From Torpedo marmorata (lineage: Eukaryota): a stretch of DNA of 64,000 nt. The DNA lies in the NCBI GenBank assembly GCA_977017645.1, contig OZ360239.1:10912001-10976000 (forward strand). Reading direction: 5' to 3'. A program made the translations under genes and the position numbers. Below are positions 37,801-51,237 of this stretch, piece after piece (position 1 is the first letter of the stretch; each line of letters begins with the position of its first letter). The notes beneath the pieces were generated by a model, which was given only the letters and a program-made list of their open reading frames with translations, ran no database searches and was not told the origin of the DNA.

Positions 37801-39330
37801 ACATAAGAACATAAGAAATTAGGAATAGGAGTAGGCCAACCGGCCCATCGAGCCTGCTCCGCCATTCAATAAGATCATGGCTGATCTGATCAATGACCTA
37901 ACTCCACCTACCTGCCCTTTCCCCATATCCCCTAATTCCTTTTTTATGTAAAAATCTATCCAACTGAACCTTAAATATGTTCAATGAAGCAGCCTCAACC
38001 GCTTCCCTGGGTAGAGAATTCCACAAATTCACCACTCTCTGGGAAAAACTGTTTTTCCTCATCTCTGTCCTAAATCTACTTCCCCGAATCTTGAGGCTGT
38101 GTCCCCTAGTTTTGGTCTCACCCGCCAGTGAAAAAAACCTTCCTACCTCTATCCTATCCATCCCCTTCATAATTCTATATGTTTCTATAAGATCTCCTCT
38201 CATTCTTCTGAACTCGAGCGAGTATAATCCCAGACGATTTAATCTTTCATCATAAGTCAACCCCTTCATCTCAGGGATCAACCTAGTAAACCTCCTCTGG
38301 ACTGCCTCCAAGGCCAGTATATCCATCCTCAAATATGGAGACCAGAACTGCACACAGTACTCCAGGTGCGGTCTCACCAGTATCTTGTACAGTTGCAACA
38401 TTACCTCCTTGCTCCTGAATTCAATTCCTCCAGCGATGAAGGCCAACATTCCATTTGCCTTCTTAATAACCTGCTGCACCTGCAACCCAACTTTTTGCGA
38501 TTCGTGCACAAGCACTCCCAAGTCCTTCTGCACAACAGCATGCTGCAGTTTTTCCAACATTTAAATAATACTCTGCTCTTTTATTTTTCTTGCCAAAGTG
38601 GATAACCTCGCACTTACTAACATTGTACTCCATCTGCCAGACCTTTGCCCACTCACCTAACTTAACTATATCCCTCTGCAGCCTCTCCACATCCTCAGTA
38701 CAATTTGCTCTTTCACTCAATTTAGTATCATCCGCAAACTTGGCTACACCACATTTTGTCCCCTCCTCCAAATCATCAATGTAAATGATGAACAGTTGTG
38801 GGCCCAGCACCGACCCCTGCGGCACCCCACTTACCACTGTCTGCCAATCAGAAAAACACCCATTTATCCCGACTCTCTGCCTCCTTTCAGACAACCAATC
38901 CTCAATCCATGCCAATATACTTCCCTGGACTCCATTCACCTGTAACTTACTGATAAGTCTCTGCGGCACATTATCAAATGCTTTCTGGAAATCCAAATAT
39001 ACAACATCAACCTGTTCCCCTCTATCTACCGTACCCATTATGTCCTCAAAGAACTCTTAACAAGTTTGTCAAACAAGATCTGCCCTTCCTAAACCCATGC
39101 TGCATCTGCCTGATTGAACCCTTTCGTTTTAAATGTCTCACTATTTCATCCTTAATGACAGCTTCAAGCATTTTCCCAACTACAGACGTTAAGCTAATTG
39201 GCTGATAGTTCCCAGTCTTCTGCCTACATCCCTTCTTAAAAAGTGGCGTGACATTTGCTGTTTTCCAATCTGCTGGGACCTGCCCAGAATCCAGAGAATT
39301 TTTGGTATATGACCACCAATGCATCGACTA
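37801..39330 (-). mobile_element. CR1 LINE 3' half nested in an older CR1 (about 37220-37800 and 39330-39530)
   Basis: ORFs 39046-39324, 38463-39038 and 37898-38560; TTCTTATG tail; the host CR1 resumes on both sides. Confidence 0.9.
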
Positions 39331-39635
39331 ATGAGGCCAGCATACTGTACACCTTCTTAACCACCCTATTAATGTGAGTTGCAAGCTTGAGGGATCTATG
39401 GACCTTTGTTCCTCCACACTGTTAAGAATCTGGACATTAACCACGTATTCTGCCTTCATGTTCGACCTTCCAAAGTGCATCACTTCACACTATCAGACTG
39501 AGCATCTGCCATTTCTCTGCCCAACCCCGCTGCACTGTGTGACCTGGGACTGTGGTCTGGAAGAATCTGCTGTTGCACTGAGCATCCGTTGCTGCTAACC
39601 TGTCTCCTCCTCTCGTCCCCACACCCACTGCACAG

Positions 39636-39772
39636 GATGACGCCAGGTACAAGTGCCCCCAGTGTGACCGCCAGTTCATTCAGCACTGTGACCTGCGGAG
39701 GCATGCTCACATTCACACCGGGACGCAGCCCCACAAGTGTGACCTGTGTGGAAAGGCCTTCCTCAGGGCAAG
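39636..39772 (+). CDS. Zinc-finger gene coding exon 5, finger 2 and first half of finger 3 (YKCPQCDRQFIQHCDLRRHAHIHTGTQPHKCDLCGKAFLRA)
   Basis: gcacag|GAT and AAG|gtaagg; phase 0 to 2; TGEKP-like linker. Confidence 0.9.
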
Positions 39773-39882
39773 GTAAGGGGACAGTTCACCATCGACTGGG
39801 AACGATTCCACCGAGTCCTTCCCCAAAGTTTGTCCGAGTCACCCATTTGCTGCTTAAGTTGTGTTCTACTTTACATTCTCAG

Positions 39883-39965
39883 TGATCTGGTGGTTCACAA
39901 GCGGTTTCACACCAAGGATCGTCCATTTCAATGCAGCCAGTGTCAGAAATCCTTCTTTCAGTCCG
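39883..39965 (+). CDS. Zinc-finger gene coding exon 6 (SDLVVHKRFHTKDRPFQCSQCQKSFFQS)
   Basis: ttctcag|T and CCG|gtgagt; phase 2 to 1; completes finger 3 and starts finger 4. Confidence 0.9.
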
Positions 39966-40381
39966 GTGAGTATCACCAGGGTCCTTCCTTGCATAAACCC
40001 TCCACTAGATCCCAGCCCTTAACTCACTCCCAGGGAGCTGTTATTCTATATATATGGGTGGTATGGTAGTGTTGTGGTTAGCACCACCCGTGTTACGATG
40101 CCAGCAACACGGGTTAGTTCCATCTGTCAGGTGTTTGTACTTTCTCCCCGTGTCTGAGTGAGTTTTCTCCCACCCTTCAAAACATATGGGGTTGTAGGTC
40201 AATTGGGTGCAATTGGATGGTACGGGCTCATGGGCCAGAAGGGCCTGTTACCGTGTTGTATGTTTAAAGTTAAATTTAAAATTTAAGTTTAGATGCCATT
40301 GATTCCTTTGGAGGTGGTTGGGTTATGTGTGTGGAACCAGAATTTGTAGATCATTTTACTGAGCAGTGATTTACTCCACAG

Positions 40382-40550
40382 GTGACCTCCGGCGACATGT
40401 GAGAAACATCCACATGACCAACGCCCGGATGTTGAGCTGTGGCCACTGTAAGAAGAAGTACACCACGGAGGCAACACTACTCCATCACACCCAGACCGTG
40501 CACCAGGATATCTTGCTGCAGACCTTGAAGGAACAGGGGCAAATCAGCAG
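40382..40550 (+). CDS. Zinc-finger gene coding exon 7 (GDLRRHVRNIH..LSCGHCKKKYTTEATLLHHTQTVH..)
   Basis: ctccacag|GT and CAG|gtatgc; phase 1 to 2; completes finger 4 and encodes finger 5. Confidence 0.9.
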
Positions 40551-40929
40551 GTATGCTCTATAAATGGAGGCAAACTGGGAACCAACCATTGCTTTAGTGA
40601 CGAGCTCATTCAGATCGAGGTGTATGGTGTCTCTGCAAGGTTATCTGTTTCAACCTTACACAATATTGGTGAGTCCACACTTGAGATTATTGTGTGCAGT
40701 TCTTGTTACACAGCTGTAGGAAAGAAATCGTTGAGCTGGAAATGGTGCAGAAAAGGTTCACAAGAATTTTACCAGGACTAGCGGGCTTCAGGTATAAGGA
40801 AAGGCTGTATAAATTGGTGCTTTTATCCCTGGAGTGTACGAGGCTGATGGATGGACCTTAGAGGTTTATAAAATCATGAGGTGTATAAATAATTTAATAG
40901 TCCTGGACTTTTTCCCATTCCAGGGGAAT

Positions 40930-41165
40930 TGGTTAGCGCAACGCCTTTACAGCGATCGGGACCGGACCTAGGTTCGAATCCCACGCTGTCTGTAAGGAGT
41001 TTGTACGTTCTGCGTGGGTTTTCTCTGGGGGCTCCGGTTTCCTCCCACCCTTCAAAAACGTACCAGGGTGTAGGTTAATGGGGTGTAATTTGGGCGGCAC
41101 GGACTCGTATGGCCGAATTGACCTGTTACCGTGCTTTATGTCTAATTTAAAATTAAAAAAAAACT
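40930..41165 (+). mobile_element. HE1/V-SINE-like tRNA-derived SINE (others at about 40055-40290, 41520-41760 minus, 44940-45135, 52080-52290, 56636-56830)
   Basis: GGTTAGCG..GGTTCGAATCC A/B boxes and the V-domain GCGTGGGTTT..CTCCGGTTTCCTCCCAC. Confidence 0.8.
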
Positions 41166-42036
41166 AAATAGAGGGCACAAACTTAAGGTGAGACAGGAAA
41201 TATTTGAAAAGGACCTGAGGGGCTTTTATTTCACAGAGAGGGTGGTGGGTGTGTGGAATGAGCTGCCAGAAGTGGTAGAGGTGGGGATGTTTAAGAGACA
41301 GGTACGTGGATGGGAAAGGTTTTGAGGGATATGGGCTGAATGTAGGCAAATGGGTAGATCGCTTGATCAACATGGAGCTGTACACAAAGGTGCTGGAGAA
41401 ACACAGTAGGTCACACAACATCCATGGAAAGCAGAATGTTATCGACGTTTCGGGCCTGAACCCTTTTTCAGGTGTGACAAATCCATTGCCAGCATGGATG
41501 AGTTGTTTCTGTGCTGTCAAACTCTAGACATCTAAATTTAACTTTTAAAAATTTTATTTACAACATGGTAGAAGCTGATACTGGCCATTTAAACTCGTAC
41601 CGCCTAATTACATCCACATCAACCTAAAACCCCGTACGTTTTGAAGGGTGGGAGGAAACCAACGCAGACACAGGGAGAACATACAAACTCCTTACAGACA
41701 GCGCCGGATTCGAACCTGGGTTGCTGGCGCTGTAATAGCGTCGCGCTAACCATGCCGCCCGTGGATTGGATACAGAGATGCTCCCCTGCTCTATGGAAGT
41801 AGTTTGACCAAGTCGTTTGCATCCTCCTGGGAGAGATGGAATGTCTGCACCTCTGACAAAGCAGTGGGAGCACCAGAGTCCATTTTATGCTGAAGGAGGA
41901 ATTGAACCCAGTCTAATTCCCAGAGTCATGGCTACTGGTTTAAAATATAGAGCATGTAATAATTGTTTTGGACCAGTGTTTATTGTACGTCTTGCTGCCC
42001 TTGTTTTGACGTGTGCATCTGCCACTTTAATTGCAG

Positions 42037-42119
42037 CGAGGTCATGGTGTCAGAGGCTGGAAGTGTAGCTGAGGATGGAAGGTCCTTGAACACCTACACG
42101 TTGGAGACCATGGATCCAG
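42037..42119 (+). CDS. Zinc-finger gene candidate coding exon 8 (SEVMVSEAGSVAEDGRSLNTYTLETMDP)
   Basis: ttgcag|C and CAG|gttcga; phase 2 to 1 bridges the flanking exons. Confidence 0.55.
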
Positions 42120-43432
42120 GTTCGATGGCAAAGACAAGTGTTGTGGATTTGCTTGGTGGATGGGTATTGGACAGTAGCAATGTGTGCAAATGAGGACGAT
42201 CCCAGTAAGCAGGTTAGATTGGCACTGACCATTAAGACATGGGTCTAGTTGAGCACACTTCTGAAACACTGTCACATTTTCAGCAGCCTCCAACCATTGC
42301 CTGGGTTGGATCGGTCTCAGTTGTTGGGGGCTTTTAGTACCTGCATCCAGTGAGGAGCAGGGATGCTATCACCAAAAGGGTCACGCATTAAAGCTGATTT
42401 TCTTTCCTCACACCCTTCTGGCTAGGGAGAACACGCTTGCCCCACACGTCCAATCGCAACCTCTGCTACTCTTTCCCTACGGGTTTTCCCACAGGTGTAC
42501 AGAGAGGTCAGTTACTGGGCTGCTGTTAATTGTGTCAATCATTGGTCGAACCTGGGGTGAGGAGATGAGAGGATGTAGGATTTTCTTTATAAATAGAACC
42601 ATAGACCATTACAGCACAGAACCAGGTCCTTCTAGTCTGTGCCGAATTATTACAAGCTGCCTTGTCCCACTGACCTGCACCCAGTTCATACCCCCTCACA
42701 TTCACGTACCTGTCCAAACTTTTCTTAAATGTTAAAATTAAGCCCGTATTCACCATTCAGCTGGCAACTTGTTCCACACACTCACTACTATGTGAAGAAG
42801 TTCCCTTTAAACATTTCCCCCTTCATCAAATATCCTCTGGTTTGTATCTCACCTAACCTCAGTGGAAAAAGCCTACTTGCATTCACTATCTATACCCCCT
42901 CATAATTTTGTATAATATCAAATCTCTCCTCATTCTTCTACGCTAATATCTGTACTGAGATATTGTATAAAGCTGTTTTGTGTGCTATCCAGGCAAGTCA
43001 ACCCTTTTAAGTATAGTAGGTAGTGCAATAATAAAGTGCAGGGGCATCCTCTTTTACCAGCGAGGACAATTCAAGAGCCTGATTACAGCAGGAAAGCAAT
43101 GATCCTCGAACATGAAAGCTCACGTTTTGAAGCTTGTGCATCTTCTGCCATTAGCACAAATGGGTGCCTGAATGGCATGGACACAGTGGGCTGATTCCGT
43201 GCTATACAAATCTACGAACAAGACACTTTTAAACATTTCTAATGTGATCTCAGTGTAGTCATATCTTTGTTCCCTGTTATGAAGGGACAGGAAGAATAAT
43301 TATTTCACTTCAGAAATCATGAAAATCTTTACAGCCAATGAAATATTTGCATTGCTGTGAAGACGGTGTAGGATTCAGAGAGAGTAACTAACTTTGTATT
43401 GTAGTGAATTGGGTATTGCTTCTTTTCCACAG

Positions 43433-43695
43433 CACTACAAACCAAGCGAGGTGCAGGGGACAGTGCAGAGACCCTTCCTTCCATTGCAGGCAGCACAAGG
43501 GAACAAACGCAAGCTCTCCTTGGCTGCGGTGAGTCCGTGCCTACCCTTGTGTTGATCGATGTGCATCCTACAGTGTCCACCGAGGAGACACTGCATTACC
43601 CGGAGAGGGAAAAGGACTTGGACGACCCATCCCGCCAGTTTACCATGCTTGCAAAACGCGGGTCTGTTCAAGATTCCTATATTGTCATGCAATGA
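43433..43695 (+). CDS. Zinc-finger gene candidate last coding exon (ALQTKRGAGD...); 3' end uncertain
   Basis: Strong acceptor ttcttttccacag|, phase 1, open to TGA at 43693-43695; an internal donor GCG|gtgagt at 43528 is an alternative. Confidence 0.5.
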
Positions 43696-46224
43696 AACAG
43701 GTGTAATGTTACACAAAATCTGCTTTAGTCTGCTGTAAGGCAGACAGATGCACCATCAGCAGAAATTGCCGGGCGCCTCGTAGTCAGAGAAAGAGAGTCC
43801 CCCAGAGTCACCAAGTGTCCGTGGATTTGCCTCCAGCGCTCCCGCACAGACTCCAGTCCAAACCATCAGCAACCCGAACCTCCGACACGATCAGGAAGCC
43901 TTCAGCGCCCCAGGCATGAAAAGCTGGTCTTTAAATCAACCAAATGCTGCCACAGGTTGAGTGTGGCTGTGTAATCCTCAAGGAAGTGCCCCAGTGATCT
44001 AATGTAAAATGTTCTGCCTCGTGCTCAATAACAGCTATTGCTCAGGTCACAGTGGAAAAGGGTTGAATATTAAATTCCCCTTTAAAAAACAGAACATCCA
44101 TCATCTTCTTGGATATAGACTCTAGGAAGTGAGGTAGCTTGAAGGAACACATTTTAACAGCTGGAGATGTATTTTCTAATTTAGCAGTGTCTGTGAAATA
44201 GTGGCCAGGAAATTGGTTAATGCCTCTGTTTCTCCTCCCCTCCCACAATTGTGGTCTTGGTTCAACTTCAGCACTGGCTGAAGATGCTTTTGTTTTTAAA
44301 ATCGGAGATGTCAGTGTGGAATATGTACACCATTCCCTAGCTCAGGAGGACATGTTAGGCAGTGCTTGATTTAGTCATTGACTCAATCCAAAATAATGCA
44401 GTGACTCAAGAAATGTTCTCTGTTAGTGCACTGTGGGAGGGAGGGGCACTGTAGCACAGACGAGATCGCAGGCTAAGTTATTGAGAAGACAATTTGCACC
44501 CAGACTGGTGGGCAAAAACATGAATGTGGAGGTGTGTTCAGTGACGCCGCAGCACAGTATACGTGTAACCAAGCAGCCAGGGCTGGTTGTACTGTCGGAG
44601 TGAAGGCAGCTTTCCTCACCCAATGCGAGGCAAGTGGAGGAAGGGCCCTGCAATCTTCCACAGACAGTTAACATCTTAGGCAAAAGGCCAAAAGATGGCT
44701 GGCAAACAACAAGTAGGGAAGAGTAGGCGAGCCGAACGCAGTAAAGCTGGCAAGGTCCTTGGAGATTACCGGCACGTTACTTTGATTCAATAAACATCAG
44801 GACACTGACTTTTTTCTATTAGCATAGAGATCCAATTCTCACAGTGTAATTGTTCATTTAGTAACATTGGTTACACTGATGTAACCATGAACCATTGCTG
44901 TAACCACTGTTAACTGACCTACAGGTTAACCCACCAATGTTACTGTAGCGGTTAGCAACGCTATTACAGCACCAGCGACCAGGGTTCAAATCAGATGCTG
45001 TAAGGAGTTTGTACGTTCTCCCCATGTCTGCGTGGGTTTCCTCCCACCCTTCAAAATGTACCGGGGTTGTAGGTCAATTGGGTGTAATTGGGCAGCACAG
45101 GCTCATGGGCCAAAAGGGCCTGTTACCGTGCTGAATGCATGCCTAACATCCATTTCTCAAACACATAATCTTTACCACCAGCCCCACTGGTTCCTTGTTA
45201 CCACAGCTAAATGCAGGAGCACTTAACCAAGCACCAGGAACATTGTAGGAAGGATTTTAGTTCAGGAAAAAAAACATTTCCCAGAAAATAAACACAGGAC
45301 AGTTTTAAGGTTGCATTGGCCCATTTGATATTATTTACCATGTAGGCTATGCTAGCTTGGTGCACACCTTCACCAGCAGGGGTCACTGTGGAGCACTCGG
45401 GACTGGAGCTACCAAATCTGACCACTGAACCTTTGTCAAAAGTGTAGGTCACTGCAGTCTGCAGATTATGATTCCTTCTTAAGAATAAACATTAAAAAAC
45501 ACTTACAAATCACTGTAACCATTTTATAAATGTACATATTATAAAGAGCTTGTACAGATATAGAATTACTTTGAATAGGAGGAAAGAAAATAAACTTGTA
45601 TTCTGAAAACAATTCTGCTCCAAGAAGCTAAATATACACAAACATCATCCAATATTTACAGACATCACATAATCAGAGGAGAAGACCTGACTGCAGAATT
45701 CTGTATTGTGTAAACAGCACAAATCACTGGAAGATACTTCCCCTGTCTTCAACATAATTAAATGCAATGTTTAGAACAGTTGCTATTTATTTTTTGGGGG
45801 GTGGCCATGGACAGTATTTCACTGCTCTAGAATTCAGCATTCAATCTTCAGGCTGCCCAAGCCTCGTATCTCCAAGTGATCTTGAATTGCAGGATCCCAT
45901 TTTAAATCAAGTTAAAATAGTTTTCTTTGCTTATTTCACAATGAAAAAGGCCGATGTGCTCAATTGTGTTAGAACTGGATGCCAGTGGACATTAACCCCA
46001 CCCCCTCAATCACAGTGGCCGGAAAGTTATATCAGTAATGTCTGGCATTAAAGATATTTCCTCGAACTATACTCGAATTTGCAAGATAACTCCTGCCCCA
46101 TCAGTTATGGGGTCAATTGGTGTGCGGGTAGAACCTGCAAACATGTGAAAGGGGAATGTGTGAAAGGATGGGAATAGAGGCTGCAGAACAAATACCTGGT
46201 GTTAATTCTCAAAATGTAGGAGTG

Positions 46225-46472
46225 CAGTATTTCTCAGCCAGTGGTCCACAGATCACAGGTGGTCCGTGGATTTGTTAGGAAGTCCACAGCAAAGACAAAT
46301 ATTACTGACAGAATAAATGTAAGAGGCTGTAAGTATGATGACAAAAAATATTCCAACCATAACAAAAGAATCTCACATACGAGCCTGGTTAAGTGGGTTT
46401 GTCATAGGTGGTCTGCGGTAAGTAAAGGAATACTCAAGGTGGTCTATGAGTGAAAAAAGGTTGAGAACCACA
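46225..46472. mobile_element. hAT-like MITE remnant
   Basis: CAGTATTTCTCA / AAGGTTGAGAACCACAG termini with GGTGGTCC internal motifs. Confidence 0.5.
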
Positions 46473-47439
46473 GCCCTAGAATATTCTTCAGACCTGAAAA
46501 GGTAGGATGTGACGCAGGAGTGTTCGCCAACACACATTTCTGATGTACACAAAATTTTAAAGGGTAGGACAAGTATAAAATTTAAGCAGTGCAAATTCCT
46601 GTTGTTTGGGCATTCATGACAAGGAGAGAGAGTACTGATTTGGGGTGGCCCAAAGCTCAGTTTTGGGCCGCGGAAGTTTGATTTATTTCAATAACTGACC
46701 TACAAACAAAAAAACAAATGTGCTGGTGAAACTCAGCGGGCCGAGCGGCATCCATGGGGAAAGAATGGTCGACACTTCGGGTCAGGACTTGAAGGGTTCC
46801 AACCAGAAAAGTTGATAATTTTTCTCCCGCTGAGTTCCTCCAGCAGTTGGATTTCACTCCAGATTCCTGCATCTGCAGGCCCTTGTGTGTCTCCATTGAT
46901 TTCTACAAGTTTTACGTTTTGAAAGGTGCAAGTGAAACATTTTCTCCAGTCACAACCTGCCCTGCTGACACCTTGTTCTTATTTCATATTCCCAGCACCT
47001 GTAGTGCTGTTTAAGTTGCACAAGCAGGTATGATTTACCAGTGGTCTGCTCAGCTCTGCAAGGCAATAGAACAGCAAAAGAGAGCAGCAAGCAGATCTGC
47101 AAAGCAATTAGAGGTCAAGGATGTGAAGTGAAGTGGGAGAAACCTGGGACTTCTTAACCAATATCAATCCTGGGCTAAAGCAGCTCAGTGCCAGACAGAG
47201 GCAGACTCATGGCTAGGTAAGAATTTAAAACGAGATGAAACTCATCAAGATTAATCTAAAAACCAGGATGAGAACATGACATGATGAAAGCTTACAAACA
47301 GGCAGAATCTCAGTGAATTAGAACATTACAGCACAGGCCCTTTGGCCCACAATGCTGTGCCGACCTGTGTAAACCTACACAATCTAAACCTTTCTTAACC
47401 ATAACCTTTTTTTTTCATTCTGTGCCTTTGTCTTTTAAA

Positions 47440-48075
47440 TGGAGAGGGTCAAGAACTTCAAATTCCTGGGTGTCAACATCTCCGAGATCTGTCCTGGAGC
47501 ATCCACGTTGATGCAATCACAAAGAAGGCTTGTCAGCGGCTATACTTTGTAAGGTGTTTGCGGAGATTCGGTATGTCACCGAAGACTCGTAAACTTCTAC
47601 AGGTGTACCGTGGAGAGCATTCTGGCTGGTTGCATCATTGCCTGGTATGGAGGCGCCAACTCTCAGGACAAGAATAAACTCCAGAAGGTTGTTAACTCGG
47701 CCTGTGACATCACGGGCACCAGACTTCACTCCATCGAGAACATCTACATGAGGCGGTATCTTAAAAAAGCAGCCTCCATCCTCAAAGACCCCCACCACCC
47801 AGGCCATGCCCTCTTCACTCTGCTACCATCGGGAAAAAGGTACAGGAGCCTAAAGACGAGCACTCAACGGCACAAGGACAGCTTCTTCCCCGCTGCCATC
47901 AGATTCCAGAATAATCAATGAACCAAAGACACTGCCTTACTTTTCGTGCACTATTATTTATATATTTTTTAATAGCTATGTCGTAAGATGGTTAATATGA
48001 ATGTTTGCACTATGATGCTGCTGCAAAAAACACCAAATTTCATGACTTGTTCACGACAATAAATTCTGATTCTGT
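47440..48075 (+). mobile_element. Rex1-type LINE 3' fragment, followed by a minus-strand CR1 fragment (about 48080-48660)
   Basis: ORF 47610-47921 and (ATTCTG)n tail; ORF 48221-48601 is a CR1 C-terminus. Confidence 0.85.
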
Positions 48076-49053
48076 ATCAGTCTCCACCCCTGGCAATGCA
48101 TTCCTAGCACCCACTACTCTGTGTAAAAACACTTTCCTCTGACATGTCCCCACACTTTGTACAGATGTCCTCTGGTGTTTGCTACTCTCGCCCCAGGAAA
48201 AAAGGTGCTGTCTGTCCACCCTATCTATGCCTCTCAATCTTGTAGACTTCTATTAAGTCATCTCTCATCCTTCTTCGCTCCAAAGAGAAAAGCCCCATCT
48301 CTGTTAACTTTGCCTCATAAGACACGTTCTCCAATCCAGGCAACATCGTGGTAAATCTCTGCACCATCTCCACAGCTTTCACATCCTTTCTGTAATGAGG
48401 CGACCAGAACAGAACACAATATTCCAAGTGTGGCCTTACCAGAGTTTTATAGAGCTGCAACAGTACCTCACGACTTCTGAACTCAATCCCCCAACTAATG
48501 AAGGCCAGCATACCATAAGCCTTCTTAACTACTCTATCAACCTGCGCAGCAACCTTGAGAGATCTATGGATTTGAACCCCAAGGTCCCTCTGTTCTTTCA
48601 CACTAATCCGGTTTGAACTCCGTCTGCCACTTTTCCACCCAACTCTGCATTCTGCCTATATCCTATTCTTTACAGGAAAAGAGTGGAGCAATGAAGGAAG
48701 GTGATTTGGGAATTTCAAAGGCAGTTAATGAGGTGAACAAAGGAAGTTGCAAATTGGATTAAGGTGTATAATAATGGTCATCCTCAATGGGTCAACATTC
48801 TTACTGAAACACTAGATGTACCATAGCAGGCCACCACTCAAACCCAGATGCAACAGAGCCATCCTGGGACAACTGGAGCTTTAAGATGGTGAGAATAGAC
48901 AACTAACCAGTCAGCATGTGAAAAGCAAACTTATGACCCATTGTTTCTGGTTTTGGATCATCAGGATTGAAAAATAAAGAGTGGGCAATCTGAAGGAAGG
49001 AGCAACAAAAAGGAAAATAGTCATCAATTCTTTGAGTGATTTTCATTACATTG

Positions 49054-49290
49054 GGCGGCACGGTTAGTGTAGCGGTTAGTGCAATGCTATTACAGCGCCA
49101 GCAACCTGGGTTCGGATCCAGCGCTGTCTGCAAGGAGTTCGTACGTTCTCCCCGTGACCTGAGTCGGTTTCCTTCGGGTGCTCTGGTTTCCCCCCACCTT
49201 CCAAAACGTACGGGGTTGTAAGTTAATTGGGTGTCACGGGCTCATGGACAGAAAGGGCCTTTAACCGTGCTTCATGTCTAAATTTTAAAA
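49054..49290 (+). mobile_element. Full-length HE1/V-SINE-like element
   Basis: GGCGGCACGGTTAGTGTAGCGGTTAG head, B box, V-domain, CR1-like GAAGGGCC tail and AT-rich end. Confidence 0.85.
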
Positions 49291-49330
49291 AAGTTTTAAA
49301 AATTTAAATGTAAATTTAAAAAATGTAATA

Positions 49331-49681
49331 CAGGTGCTTATCCTTTTATCCGAAAACCTCTGAAATACAAACATTTTTTCCAGTATATTTTCAGGTGTTT
49401 AGCTTAGTTTGAGCCAGTTAATGTTTGAAGTTTTACTGTATGTTTTACTTAAAAATAAAAAGTAATCTATCTTTATCTCACTTCATTTACCACCCCCCCC
49501 CACCCGTCCAACGCCGCCGTCCAGAAACACTTCTAGTTGGAGTGTGTCTTTGTTCTGCGCGAATCTGAAGCAATGCAATTATTTAAAAGTATCGCCGTTA
49601 AAATAATTCTATAATCCGAAAAAATCCGAATTCCGAAAAGTGTCCGGTCCCAAGGATTTCGGATAAAAGGATAAGGACCTG
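49331..49681. mobile_element. Tigger/pogo-like MITE
   Basis: TA-CAGGTGCTTATCCTTTTATCCGAAA ... TTTCGGATAAAAGGATAAGGACCTG-TA. Confidence 0.8.
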
Positions 49682-50857
49682 TATTACCGCACACAGAAGG
49701 CAGATTTGATTTGCAGCCCAAGGGGTCACTTGTGGCAGTCCCATTCATGAAGCACCAGCAATTCCACAATCCTTTCTTACTCATTCACTGGTTTCTCAAA
49801 TGTGAACCTTACAGGTGCAAGAGTTTAGAAATGACAAGGATCTGACCAGCAACTTGGATCCAATGAGGCAACAGTCCCTTTCACATCTGCACACTTGAAC
49901 ACTATGCAGATTAAAAAGGGAACCCTTGGTAAAGATTGGTACGTGGTTCACTCACACACTGAGCACCTGGAGATGGGAAGCGTGGATGTTCATGTTCAGC
50001 AGGTCTTTACATACCACATTGTAATCAGCCTGTGCTGGTTTGGTTGCATTACAATCTTTAACAAAAAATAACTTGAATCTTCTGTAATTTGCACCAGTAT
50101 TGTACTTTTTAAAAAATGGAAGCACAGTTCTATTTGAAACTTCGATTGGTGTAATTAATGCATAAAACACAAGGGCATTTTTGGTGCTTAGTTAGGCCCT
50201 TGCATGCCTGCAGCATAAAGAAACGTGATTAACCACTGCACATTTAAAGCCAATATAAAACAGAGTACACTTTCTCTACAAAGCCGCAATATGCTACTGG
50301 AGAGCAGCCATAGAACATTACAGCACAGAAACAGGCCCTTCGGCCCTTCAAGTCTGTGCCGAACTATTATTCTGCCTTGAAAAGGTTTCCACTGCAAGTA
50401 CCCTGATCAAAAGGACCACAGTGAAATGGATGGCAATTCAGCCAGAATTATTGCCCTATTTTTTTGGAAGAGTGGAGCAAAGGTCAAAGTGGGAGGATAA
50501 GGGGCCAGTGGTGACTGAGTGATGGGGTGGGAGAAAGAGAAGGGTGGGGGGGGAGGGGGAAGGACGCAAGATGACAAAGAGGAAAATGGGATAGGAGAGC
50601 AAGAGAAATCACCTTCATTTACAGCTGAAGTACTTATCAGCAGGCCAGAGTAAAAGCTAAATTAAATACAGCTCCTATTTTTGGCCTCCACGGCAGCTGA
50701 CAGACAGCGACCAAAGGAGGCCATTGTACATATTCTAATGCACTCCTGCTCCAGCTTCCTCCACATGTCAACCATGTCCAGAGCCCTTCAGTTCTTTTAC
50801 AAGGTAAGATAGCTCACGTGTCTTGCATATGGATTCATTTTTTTTTAAACCTAATAA

Positions 50858-51237
50858 TTAAATAGCAGCTACCTCATTGACTATAACCTGCACCACAAAG
50901 TCCTTCTGGATTTTCGTCTCCTGCAGTCGCATCTTGTCGGTCAGCAGTCTTCCCGAGAAGAACCAGCGCTGCTGCGATGGCTCGATGCCCTCCTCGGCGT
51001 GCAGCTGCCGCTTCAGCTGGCCGATCGTGTCTGCCATGCTGGCGTTCAGTTTGACGTCCTTGCCCGTGGACAGGCGCACCTTCAGCTGGAACTCGCGCTT
51101 GGTGTGAGCCGGTGGGTCGGGCACATCAGTGGCCTCCTCGTCGCACTTCTCCGTGATGAGGTTGAGGGGCGGCGCCAGGCAGTAAACGGGAAGCCGGTAT
51201 CTGTTGCCAAGCTCGTCATAACATTCGGTCAAAGAAC
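50858..51237 (-). CDS. UBTD1: Ubiquitin domain-containing protein 1, last coding exon
   Basis: [71 protein letters not shown] matches UBTD1 better than UBTD2; acceptor cccacttccag|GT, phase 1; TAA stop. Upstream exons were not found in the window. Confidence 0.9.

Noticed and set aside
49054-49130. tRNA gene
   Set aside because: The A/B boxes belong to a SINE head followed by the V-domain; there is no cloverleaf or terminator.
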